A DNA stretch of 39,070 bases, from contig JAFGGO010000189.1 of the NCBI GenBank assembly GCA_016930515.1, positions 1-39,070 of the forward strand. The letters run 5' to 3'. The notes under the pieces were generated by a model. That model had not been told where the DNA came from. It ran no database searches and worked only from the letters and a program-made list of their open reading frames with translations. The position numbers and the translations under genes are program-made. This document shows, one piece after another, positions 19,649 through 28,589 of this stretch (the first letter of the stretch is position 1; every line of letters starts with the position of its first letter). Origin of the DNA: Promethearchaeota archaeon. GTDB lineage: Archaea > Asgardarchaeota > Lokiarchaeia > Sigyniarchaeales > SOKP01.

Positions 19649-20068
19649 ATGCCAGTTATCAGCATATCAATAAACGAGAGCCTAAAAAAATTCATTAACA
19701 AGCTTGTTACCAAAAACAAGTACGAAAACAAGTCAAAATTGATTCGGGACGCCCTATTGCGATTAATGTCAACGATGGACGCTTCTAATCCCTTGTCGGA
19801 TTCTTCGGTGATTTCTTACGACATAGATCACAAAATATTAGGAAATTCTATTGTTGTAATTCCGAACGAGCCTCAGATTAAAAAAAAGCTAAATAAAATC
19901 GAAATGGATTACAACGAGCAGATAATAAGCAAGAATCAGCATTTTTACAAGGACGGTCAGGTCATCTTCTACTTCTTTGAAGGCACTATCCAAGAATTCC
20001 AAAAGATGGTAGTGGAGATTAACTCAATTAAAGAGGTAAAGAATTTCAGATATCTCATTATTAATTAA
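19649..20068 (+). CDS. CopG/NikR-like ribbon-helix-helix transcriptional regulator
   Basis: N-terminal VISISINESL...YENKSKLIRDAL RHH domain and a C-terminal ACT-like domain. Confidence 0.85.
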   Translation: MPVISISINESLKKFINKLVTKNKYENKSKLIRDALLRLMSTMDASNPLSDSSVISYDIDHKILGNSIVVIPNEPQIKKKLNKIEMDYNEQIISKNQHFYKDGQVIFYFFEGTIQEFQKMVVEINSIKEVKNFRYLIIN

Positions 20069-20205
20069 GAACATTCTAAAATATCTTGTGTTGCTCTGGT
20101 TATCAAAGATTACATTTAAATTAGGGATTTATTGAGTTAGAAGTAAAGTTTATTATAGGATCATTCAATTTATAATCCAACAAATTATTCCTAAAGCGAA
20201 TAAGG

Positions 20206-20565
20206 ATGGCAAAACAAAAGTATGGAAAAGGTGCTCAATCAAGCAATAAAGGTGGTTCGGTAACTTCAAAATCAGCTGGTGCTCCAATTAAAGGAGGGAA
20301 GATAAAAGCCAGCCATATATTAGTAAATACGCTCAGTAAGGCACAAGAGATTTACGAAGACATTCAAGCAGGAGAAAATTTCCAAGAACTTGCGAAAAAA
20401 TTCTCCGAATGTTCTAGCAAGAACAAGGGAGGGAACCTTGGTGAATTTCCAAAAGGAAAGATGGTGGCTGAATTTTGGAACGCTTGTACCAAGCTACAGA
20501 TAGGAGAGATATCTAAACCGCTAAAAACCCAGTTTGGTTATCACATCATAAAACGCACAGGATAA
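20206..20565 (+). CDS. Parvulin-type peptidyl-prolyl cis-trans isomerase
   Basis: ASHILV, FQELAKKFSECSSKNKGGNLG, GKMVAEF and KTQFGYHII motifs. Confidence 0.95.
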   Translation: MAKQKYGKGAQSSNKGGSVTSKSAGAPIKGGKIKASHILVNTLSKAQEIYEDIQAGENFQELAKKFSECSSKNKGGNLGEFPKGKMVAEFWNACTKLQIGEISKPLKTQFGYHIIKRTG

Positions 20566-20628
20566 ATTGAATAAATTAATACAAAAAAGTTTGCATAAAA
20601 TATAAATTAAAAAAATCTCTCTAAGGTT

Positions 20629-23600
20629 CTACCAGTAAATCTCTTTTAGTTTTGAGTGATATTCGTCAAGAGATTTTACGATTAATTTTTTCTTTCTGAT
20701 TTTTTCAATAGCATCTACAATCGTCTGGGCCAATTCTAAATTTATTATTACTGGAATGTTGTAATCAACTGCCATTCGCCTGATTTTATATTCATCTTCT
20801 ATCATTTGTTGAAATTTACCCTCGGCTGTGGTGGGAAGTGGAATGTTAATAACCATGTCAATGCGCCCATCTTGTAAGCAATTCATTATATTTGGTTCCA
20901 TTCCATATTCGTGTACTTTATAAAGTCTGATTGCGTCAATCTTTCTTTTTTTTAACGCAAGTGCAGTATCTTCAGTTGCAAAAATCGTAAAACCAAGATC
21001 TCGCAGTTTTTGCGCAATAGGGATCATTTGTTTTTTGTGATCGCTTCCTCCAACAGAGATTAACACATTTCCATTATTAATAGGAATGTTTTGTTCCGCA
21101 GCTTCAAGAGCCTTTATCAAAGCATCAGAAAAATCCTCGCCTATAACTGCTACTTCCCCAGTGGAATTCATTTCTACTCCAAGAATCACATCAGCTTTAT
21201 CTAAACGCATAAAGGAAAACATAGGGGCTTTTACACCAACAAAATCACCGTGAGGTAAAGTTAATAATCTTTCAGGAATTTTTCCACCCATAACAACTTC
21301 AGCGGCTAGTCTCATAAGGTTTATACCCCTGACTTTAGAAACATAAGGCATGCTCCGACTTGATCGAAGATTGCATTCAATTACGAATACCTCTTCGTTT
21401 TTAACGAGATATTGAATATTAAACGGTCCTAAAATTTTTAATGCTAAGGCAATTTTTTTTGTGTTAGTCTCGATATCTGCAATAACTTTATCTGAGATTG
21501 TTTGTGGGGGAATTGTCATCGTAGCATCTCCAGAATGAACGCCCGCACACTCTATATGCTCAACTACAGCTCCAATTAGAACATTATTTCTATCGCTAAT
21601 TCCATCACATTCGATTTCTTGTGAGTCAGTGAAAAATTTGGTGATAACGACAGGGTATTCTCTAGATACTGCTGCTGCTAAGTCAAGCGTGTCTTTTAGG
21701 GTTTTCTGATTATAACATACTCTCATTGCTGCTCCGCTTAAGACATATGAAGGCCTGACAAGGACAGGGTATTCAACCTTTTTAGCGAAATTTATAGCCT
21801 CATCCACTGTCGTTAAGATTGCCCATTCTGGTTGTTTTATATGGAGTTGATCGAGTAAAGCACTAAATTTAGACCTATCTTCCGCCATATCTACTCGAGA
21901 TCCAGGAGTACCTAAAATTTTAATGTTTGCCTTGCGATAAAAATCAGAATATTTTGAAAATTTGGCTGCCAAATTTTGAGCAATTTGTCCTCCCGCATTT
22001 AAAACAACACCATAAGGCTTTTCTAATTCGCATATGTCTAAAACCCTTTCCCCGGATAATTCTTCAAAATAAAGTCTATCAGAAACATCATAGTCGGTGG
22101 AAACTGTTTCTGGATTGTAATTTATAATAATAGCTTTATCAACATTAAGTCGCTTTAATCCCCATAAACAATTAACAGAACCCCAATCAAATTCAACACT
22201 AGCACCAATTCGATATGTTCCAGAGCCCAATACAATGATCTTTTTTTGATTTTTTTCGTTTTTGTAATCAATATCGTGTTTATCTCCCCAATAAGTAAGA
22301 TATAAATAATTTCTTTCGGGTTTGCATTGACCTGCTAAAGTATCAATTTGTTTTACGAAAGGGATTATGCCATATCGTTTCCTTAATCTTCGGACAGTTG
22401 GCGTGTCCAGTCCGAATATTTTTGCAATTTGACCATCAGAAAAACCGTATCTTTTTGCTTTTTGGATTAATAATTGCTTTTCTTCATCAGTAGATCCTAG
22501 AAAGTTTAGATCTAATAATTTTTGCTCAATATCAATGATATTTTTCAATTTATACAGAAACCATTTATCAATCCTTGATCTTTCGTAAATTTCATCAATA
22601 GATATATTGCGTTTTATAGCTTCCCCAATTCTTAAAAACCGAAGGTCAGTTGGATTTCTTAGTTCGTACTTTAATTCGTTTATATCTTCTATGGGTTCGA
22701 GATCATTTGCCACGAAGCCTTTTAATCCTATATCAAGCATTCGCAAAGCCTTTTGGCATACTTCTTCAAAATTTCTACCGATACTCATGCATTCACCAAC
22801 ACCCTTCATTTGTGGCCCTATGCGCCTGTCTACCCTCTCAAATTTTGTTAAATCCCATCGAGGATATTTTAAAACCATATAATCAGTTGCCGGTTCAAAA
22901 TTCGCAGTTGTTTTAAGGGTGATTTGATTTAATAGTTCAGTTAAGTTGTATCCTATAGCAATTTTCGCTGCAATATAAGCTAAAGGATATCCCGTAGCTT
23001 TGGATGCTAATGCAGAAGACCTGGACAATCGAGCGTTTATTTCTATCGCTCGAAATCTTTTAGAAAAGGGATCAAGAGCCCATTGTATATTGCATTCACC
23101 TATGATCCCTACACCTCTGGTGGCCCTAATCGAGGCAGAACGAAGCATCTGAAGTTCTTCGTCTGGTAACGTTTGAGCTGGGGCAACTACGATTGAGTCT
23201 CCTGTGTGAATTCCACAAGGATCGATATTTTCCATGCTACAATTAATAAAGCAGTTATCCTTGGCATCCCTTAGAATTTCAAATTCAATCTCTTTCCAAC
23301 CCCATACGCTTTCCTCTATTAGGATTTGGTGTATTCTCGATTGAGCTAATCCACGTTTCGCCATCTTCTCAAATTGTTCAAAATCGTGAATTATACCAGA
23401 ACCTTTTCCACCAAGCACATATGCAACTCTTAGCATTAAGGGAAATCCAAATTCTTTAGCAACTGCCATGGCTTCTTTATAGGTATTTACTGCCTTACTT
23501 TTACATACGGGGCAATTTGCTTTATTCATTGCTTGAACAAAAAGATCCCTATTTTCTGTCGCTTCAATAGCGTCTATTTGCGTTCCCAAAACTTTAATGT

Positions 23601-23934
23601 TATATTTTTCTAAAATTCCCGCATCGTTCAATTCTACACCTACATTAAGGGCTGTTTGTCCTCCAAATGATAAACAAATTCCATCTGGTCTTTCTTTTTT
23701 GATTATTTCCTCAACATATTTCACATTTATTGGAAGCAGATACACCTTATCAGACATCTTAGGATCTGTTTGAATTGTTGCAATATTTGGGTTTATTAAA
23801 ATTGTTTCAATTCCCTCTTCTTTTAAAGCTTTTAAAACCTGGCTCCCACTATAATCAAATTCCCCCGCTTGACCAATTCTGACCGCTCCAGATCCTAAAA
23901 TTAATACTTTTTTTAAAGACGTGTCTAAAGGCAT
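20629..23934 (-). CDS. carB: Carbamoyl-phosphate synthase large subunit
   Basis: LGSGAVRIGQAGEFDYSGSQ; two ATP-grasp domains (IEINARLSRSSALASKATGYPLA, IECNLRSSRS); C-terminal MGS-like domain. Confidence 0.97.
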   Translation of the reverse strand: MPLDTSLKKVLILGSGAVRIGQAGEFDYSGSQVLKALKEEGIETILINPNIATIQTDPKMSDKVYLLPINVKYVEEIIKKERPDGICLSFGGQTALNVGVELNDAGILEKYNIKVLGTQIDAIEATENRDLFVQAMNKANCPVCKSKAVNTYKEAMAVAKEFGFPLMLRVAYVLGGKGSGIIHDFEQFEKMAKRGLAQSRIHQILIEESVWGWKEIEFEILRDAKDNCFINCSMENIDPCGIHTGDSIVVAPAQTLPDEELQMLRSASIRATRGVGIIGECNIQWALDPFSKRFRAIEINARLSRSSALASKATGYPLAYIAAKIAIGYNLTELLNQITLKTTANFEPATDYMVLKYPRWDLTKFERVDRRIGPQMKGVGECMSIGRNFEEVCQKALRMLDIGLKGFVANDLEPIEDINELKYELRNPTDLRFLRIGEAIKRNISIDEIYERSRIDKWFLYKLKNIIDIEQKLLDLNFLGSTDEEKQLLIQKAKRYGFSDGQIAKIFGLDTPTVRRLRKRYGIIPFVKQIDTLAGQCKPERNYLYLTYWGDKHDIDYKNEKNQKKIIVLGSGTYRIGASVEFDWGSVNCLWGLKRLNVDKAIIINYNPETVSTDYDVSDRLYFEELSGERVLDICELEKPYGVVLNAGGQIAQNLAAKFSKYSDFYRKANIKILGTPGSRVDMAEDRSKFSALLDQLHIKQPEWAILTTVDEAINFAKKVEYPVLVRPSYVLSGAAMRVCYNQKTLKDTLDLAAAVSREYPVVITKFFTDSQEIECDGISDRNNVLIGAVVEHIECAGVHSGDATMTIPPQTISDKVIADIETNTKKIALALKILGPFNIQYLVKNEEVFVIECNLRSSRSMPYVSKVRGINLMRLAAEVVMGGKIPERLLTLPHGDFVGVKAPMFSFMRLDKADVILGVEMNSTGEVAVIGEDFSDALIKALEAAEQNIPINNGNVLISVGGSDHKKQMIPIAQKLRDLGFTIFATEDTALALKKRKIDAIRLYKVHEYGMEPNIMNCLQDGRIDMVINIPLPTTAEGKFQQMIEDEYKIRRMAVDYNIPVIINLELAQTIVDAIEKIRKKKLIVKSLDEYHSKLKEIYW

Positions 23935-23935
23935 T

Positions 23936-25072
23936 TCAATTTACCTCCATTAGGTCTATGAATTTATCAAAAATTAGATCTTTCACATCTAAAGACCCAG
24001 GTGACGCTTCGGGATTAAATGCAACTGAGAAAATTGGTTTATTCTCGTGGATTATTCCCTCTATGGTGTCATCATCTTTATCGTGAAAATATAGCTTAAA
24101 ATCATTATATTTAAGATCTTTTATGCAATATGCGTGGTTTTGAAATGTTATATAACAATGGCCAGTTTTACTTTCTACCGTAGTTCTACTTCCACGATGC
24201 TCGGCTTTCAATTTATAGCAATTAAAACCAATAGCCAATCCCATTAATATATGGCCCAATCCAAATCCAATCGTTGTTGTACCGTTTTTAATAAGATCCT
24301 TAATTGTTTCAATTGATTTTCTATATATCAACGGATTTCCAGGACCATTGGAAATTAGAACACCATTAGGGTTGAGATCCATTATTTTCTGATAATTGTA
24401 GTAATATGGGACAATAATGACCTCAAGACCTTTTTGTAATAAAGTTCTTATTATATTATTTTTAACACCTAAATCCAATATTACTACTGTTCCAATGGAA
24501 TTTTTTGGAGTATATTTTTTTGTCGATCTTGAAGAGACTTCTTCAACTAGATCGTATTGATTGATATCCTTGATTTTTTGTGCCTCACTTTTTAATTCTT
24601 CAATATCCTGCTTTTCACCAACCTCATAGACCCGTAATAAGCCTAATTTTGAACCCTCTTCTATTAATGTCTGAGTAATCATTCTCGTATCAATCCATTG
24701 TATTCCAGGGACATTTTCTTCAATGAGCCAATCTTCTAACGATCTAATAGATTCGTAATGGCTGGGGATTTCACAATATTCGTTAACAATCATTCCTTTT
24801 ATTTGGATTGCATCTGACTCAAATTGTCGAATTAATCCGAATTTATCGAATTCTCTAGCTGGTACGCCATAATTACCAATCGACGGATATGTGAAAAGTA
24901 GAATTTGACCTTTGTTTGTTTTATCTGTTAGTGTTTCAACATATCCCGAACCTGGAATGGTTGTAAATGTTATTTCACCCGAAACTTGATTAGTCGCTCC
25001 AAAACCCAAACCTTTAAAGTAAGTTCCGTCCTTGAACATCAGAATGGCACATTTTTCTGTATTAAATTTCAT
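23936..25072 (-). CDS. carA: Carbamoyl-phosphate synthase small subunit, predicted glutaminase-inactive
   Basis: GEITFTT, TYPSIGNYG, IDTRMIT, DLGVKNNI and SNGPGNP motifs, but GICLGHQ reads GFGLGHI and FHPE reads FNPE. Confidence 0.93.
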   Translation of the reverse strand: MKFNTEKCAILMFKDGTYFKGLGFGATNQVSGEITFTTIPGSGYVETLTDKTNKGQILLFTYPSIGNYGVPAREFDKFGLIRQFESDAIQIKGMIVNEYCEIPSHYESIRSLEDWLIEENVPGIQWIDTRMITQTLIEEGSKLGLLRVYEVGEKQDIEELKSEAQKIKDINQYDLVEEVSSRSTKKYTPKNSIGTVVILDLGVKNNIIRTLLQKGLEVIIVPYYYNYQKIMDLNPNGVLISNGPGNPLIYRKSIETIKDLIKNGTTTIGFGLGHILMGLAIGFNCYKLKAEHRGSRTTVESKTGHCYITFQNHAYCIKDLKYNDFKLYFHDKDDDTIEGIIHENKPIFSVAFNPEASPGSLDVKDLIFDKFIDLMEVN

Positions 25073-25561
25073 TATTACTCAACATATATGTGATTTTTTT
25101 GAATAGAATATAATAAAACTAATTAAATTATCTTAATTGATATAATAACGGCACAATAATCATTGAAAAACAACGAAATGTATAAAAATGTTGAGAAAGG
25201 TGAAAGAATAAAAAAGATGCTTTCCACGGAAGGATTCATTAAAATTTCAGTAGTATTATAATAAGATAACAATATGGAATAAGCGATTAATCGAATAATA
25301 AAAGAGCCTCAGGTTAGGGAGTAATATGATACTAAAGTAATGCCTTAAAAATAACCAAATAAAGGCGAAAATGTCTTGTTTGGCATTTAATCCGTGCATT
25401 CATATAAGAACAAAGATAAAACTTCGGTGAATTCCCAAGGGAAAATAATTATCGGAAAAATTGAACTCTTGCACTAAATTGAAGATAGGGTGTCTTCTAA
25501 ACTAAAATAAATCTATTTTGGGTATCAAATTATTACACATGGGGTATTATGAAAAAAAATA

Positions 25562-25634
25562 TAGCCCATAGCGGATTCGAACCGCTGTCTCGGGATTCAG
25601 AGTCCCAAATGCTTGACCACTACACCAATGGGCT
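25562..25634 (-). tRNA. tRNA-Gln(CTG)
   Basis: 73-nt cloverleaf: acceptor AGCCCAT/ATGGGCT with the archaeal A1-U72 pair, D-loop AGTGGTCA, anticodon arm TGGGA CT CTG AA TCCCG, T-arm AGCGG TTCGAAT CCGCT; no encoded CCA. Confidence 0.97.
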
Positions 25635-25730
25635 ACGATATCAAGAAATAATATTTAAATAATGATATCGTTCTAAAAAATTTTTCCTTACTACTATTTA
25701 ATCATTCACTTTTAATAGTGTTTAAATTTT

Positions 25731-26948
25731 TTAAAAAAATAATATTAGCCAAAACAATCCAACAATTCCTAAACTACCAATAGTGGCTATAATGGATAAC
25801 CAAGAAAACAAGAAATTTTTGTATGGCATTATTTTAAAATCAATAGCATTATGAGGACAAAGTTCTGCACAACAATAACAAGTAATGCATTTTTTTTTTT
25901 CCCTTTTAGGCTTATTTTTACCTATTATAGCTATCTTTGGAGGAATTATCGCATTAACAGGACAATTTTGCCAACAGGTTCCACAGAGGACACATTTATC
26001 TTTTTTAAATTTAATAGTTGATCGAAATACTATTTTTCCCACATATCTCGCAAGAAACTTTGGAAGGGGAGCGCTGATGGGATAACTGCGTGGTTTTTTA
26101 AACTTTCGCTTCACATTCTCAATTGACTCTCCTACCACTTTAAAGTCGATCGTTCCTAAACCTTTTTCTCGTGCTTTTTGAATGTAAAGAACCCGATTCG
26201 GATTAAATCCAATGATCTTACAAACGACGGTATCTAAACCAACAGGATCGAAACCTGCTAATACGAGATCCAACTTTACAACTTCTCCTGCCGAAGGACC
26301 GTTTCCTTCTTGACAATAATATCCGTCAACAACTGTGAGCTGGGGTTGAGATACAGAATATATATCGACTAAAGCGGAATGAAAACGTTCTTTTAATGGA
26401 AATTGTGCATGAGTACGTGCTTTATTGCCTAAAATTGCTGTACCAAACATATTTTTGATAGAACAGGTTAATAAACACTGCCCGTGAGTCTTAATTTTTG
26501 GAAGGTTTATGATGATATCCGCCTGTTCTAATAAAACAGAACTTGTAAGCTCCGATAATACTAAAGGATCTTGAATGGGATATGTCTTACGTTTTGTTTT
26601 CTCAAAAGCCGTCCATTCAACACCTTCTTGCTCACAAACTTTTGCTAGACCGCTAACTTGAAATGCCCTGTCAGTCATACCTCTCCTGAATGTCCCGCTT
26701 GATTCTCCTACAATAATCCTTTTTGGAGAAAATTGGTTTACCCATTGAATTACGGCTCTTAAAATATCTGGATGGGTTGTGGCTGCTTTTTCAGGTTTTT
26801 TTGGGAGTAGTAAATTTGGTTTTATTAAAACGACCTTTTCCGAAGCATCAAAAAGAATTTTCGCGTCAATTAACTCTAATGAGTCAAATACGGCTTTTTT
26901 CACATCTTCTCCTTTAATTTTTGTTATGGCGACTTGATTTTTTATCAT
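25731..26948 (-). CDS. DUF362 family protein with C-terminal 2x[4Fe-4S] ferredoxin domain and TM anchor
   Basis: VLIKPNLL, TTHP, INLPKIKTH, KNMFG and EGNGP motifs; CVLCGTCWQNCP and CITCYCCAELCP; hydrophobic C-terminus. Confidence 0.92.
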   Translation of the reverse strand: MIKNQVAITKIKGEDVKKAVFDSLELIDAKILFDASEKVVLIKPNLLLPKKPEKAATTHPDILRAVIQWVNQFSPKRIIVGESSGTFRRGMTDRAFQVSGLAKVCEQEGVEWTAFEKTKRKTYPIQDPLVLSELTSSVLLEQADIIINLPKIKTHGQCLLTCSIKNMFGTAILGNKARTHAQFPLKERFHSALVDIYSVSQPQLTVVDGYYCQEGNGPSAGEVVKLDLVLAGFDPVGLDTVVCKIIGFNPNRVLYIQKAREKGLGTIDFKVVGESIENVKRKFKKPRSYPISAPLPKFLARYVGKIVFRSTIKFKKDKCVLCGTCWQNCPVNAIIPPKIAIIGKNKPKREKKKCITCYCCAELCPHNAIDFKIMPYKNFLFSWLSIIATIGSLGIVGLFWLILFF

Positions 26949-27208
26949 CCAATAATCTAAATTTCTTTTTTATTTTGAAGTTTTTGCCTTTGAAAATGAT
27001 ACTTTTCTTATATTAATTTTAAACCCTTTAATAATAAGAACTTATGAAATTGTGCTATAGAAACGATTTGAGTGATAAAAAAGCGTTAGAGACGATTTTT
27101 TTTAAGAAAATTACTAAAAAAATCAAAAATGACACATAAAAGGACCTGACAAATATATGGATAGTATAGCATTACGGCAATAAAGAAAATATTTTTATAG
27201 AGGTACAT

Positions 27209-27395
27209 CCATACAATATTTGGATTACGCACGATTAATTGGAGGACTAAAAAAAATTTCAGTTCAAAATAATCTAACTTCTTAACTTTAAAACCCCGTG
27301 AAAAAGACTGAAAATAAAAAAAAACCCCGTAAGATTTGCCAAACAGGCGAATCAATAAAAAACTCTATTGTATGGCCCCCCAGGTGCGTAGTCCA
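27209..27395 (+). ncRNA. Candidate structured RNA or small non-autonomous element with crossed (pseudoknot-type) pairings
   Basis: 27209-27218 pairs with 27366-27375 (10 bp perfect); 27221-27232 pairs with 27384-27395 (12 bp, one G-U); hairpin at 27333-27353; direct repeat AAAACCCCGT twice. Confidence 0.4.
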
Positions 27396-27455
27396 CCTTA
27401 TATTTATATTAAAATTCCGTATGACTTCTCTTAGGATCTGGTTTTTAATTAATAA

Positions 27456-27806
27456 TATCACTACGGAGCTGTTTTTGAAAGTAAGATCGTCGCTAGTTGT
27501 AACCTCATGCTTACACCACCTGAAAGAATGACCGAGCATATGGCTATATGGGGTATTGCCATTCATCCTGATTTTCAAGGACTGGGTTTAGGGAAGAGAT
27601 TAATAGAATTAATCGAAGAATACGTTAAAAAAAAGGGAATTAAAAAGCTCCACGCTTCTTATTTTGAACCAAATATTAACGCCAAAAGATTGTATGTTGA
27701 CAAATTGAATTATGAAATTGAAGGAAGGCAAAAATTTGCAACAAAACTTAAAGATGGTACATACGCTGATATAATATTAATTGATAAAATTTTAGATCAA
27801 CAATAG
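27456..27806 (+). pseudogene. GNAT acetyltransferase, 5'-truncated
   Basis: Open frame YHYGAVFESKIVASCNLMLTPP...WGIAIHPDFQGLGLG begins right after TAA TAA; the N-terminal part present in the downstream paralog is missing. Confidence 0.75.
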
Positions 27807-27912
27807 TTAAATTAAAAATAAAGGATAATTGTGAGTATTTTTAATTTAACATATTTCGATCTCTTTCTGATACCAAGGAAATTATTTATTTAATCACATT
27901 CAATAAAACAAG

Positions 27913-28494
27913 ATGTCTGAAAACTTTGAATTAAAAGATGGTCGCAAAGTAAGTATAAAACGTTTATATAGAAGGGACTTTGAAGAAAACGACAATTACG
28001 CCTATTTTCACAATTGGTTAATTAAAATAGATGATTATACGGGTCGTGATTTTAAGAGAGAGGAATTAGAATAAGATAGAGAACAATTATATCACCTCAT
28101 ATCTAATGAAGATTTACATATAGCAATCGGAGCTATATTTCACGGAAAACTCATTGCTTCGGGAGACTTACCTCTTAATCCTTTGGGGAGTAAGTCGAAA
28201 CATGTCGGAACCTGGGGAATAGCCATTCATCCTGAATTTCAGGGACAAAGATTAGGATTAAAAATCCTCCGAAAAATCGAGGAATTTGCCAGAGATAAAG
28301 GAATAAAAAAACTCCAAGCGGCATATATTTCGGAAAATAAAAGCGCTGAAGCTCTTTATGTTGGGAAATTGAAATATGACATTGAAGGCAGACAGAGATT
28401 TTCTGCGTTGTTAAAAAATGGTAAATACGCTGATATAGTGCTAATTGGAAAGATACTTGATAAAGATTTATTGAAAAAAGACTATGAATGTTAA
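27913..28494 (+). pseudogene. GNAT acetyltransferase with one in-frame TAA
   Basis: ATG 27913 MSENFELKDGRKVSIKRL...EELE*DREQ (TAA at 28072-28074) continues in frame into WGIAIHPEFQGQRLG; paralog of the upstream gene. Confidence 0.85.
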
Positions 28495-28589
28495 TTTATT
28501 CCAGTAATGATGGAGAAATTTATTAAATTTCGAAGCATTTTATAGTTAAGGGAACCCAGAATAATGTAATCGTAAAAAAAAAAGAAATA

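Noticed and set aside
27290..27330. AAAACCCC repeats resembling a ciliate telomerase template
   Set aside because: Only two short copies and no reverse transcriptase in the window; coincidence is likely.
27086..27578. ORFs 27086-27355(-), 27288-27578(-) and 27298-27531(+)
   Set aside because: Low-complexity translations of an A-tract-rich, apparently non-coding element; no family resemblance.
28072..28074. In-frame stop in the GNAT gene as possible recoding
   Set aside because: The codon is TAA, not TGA or TAG, and no SECIS-like structure follows.
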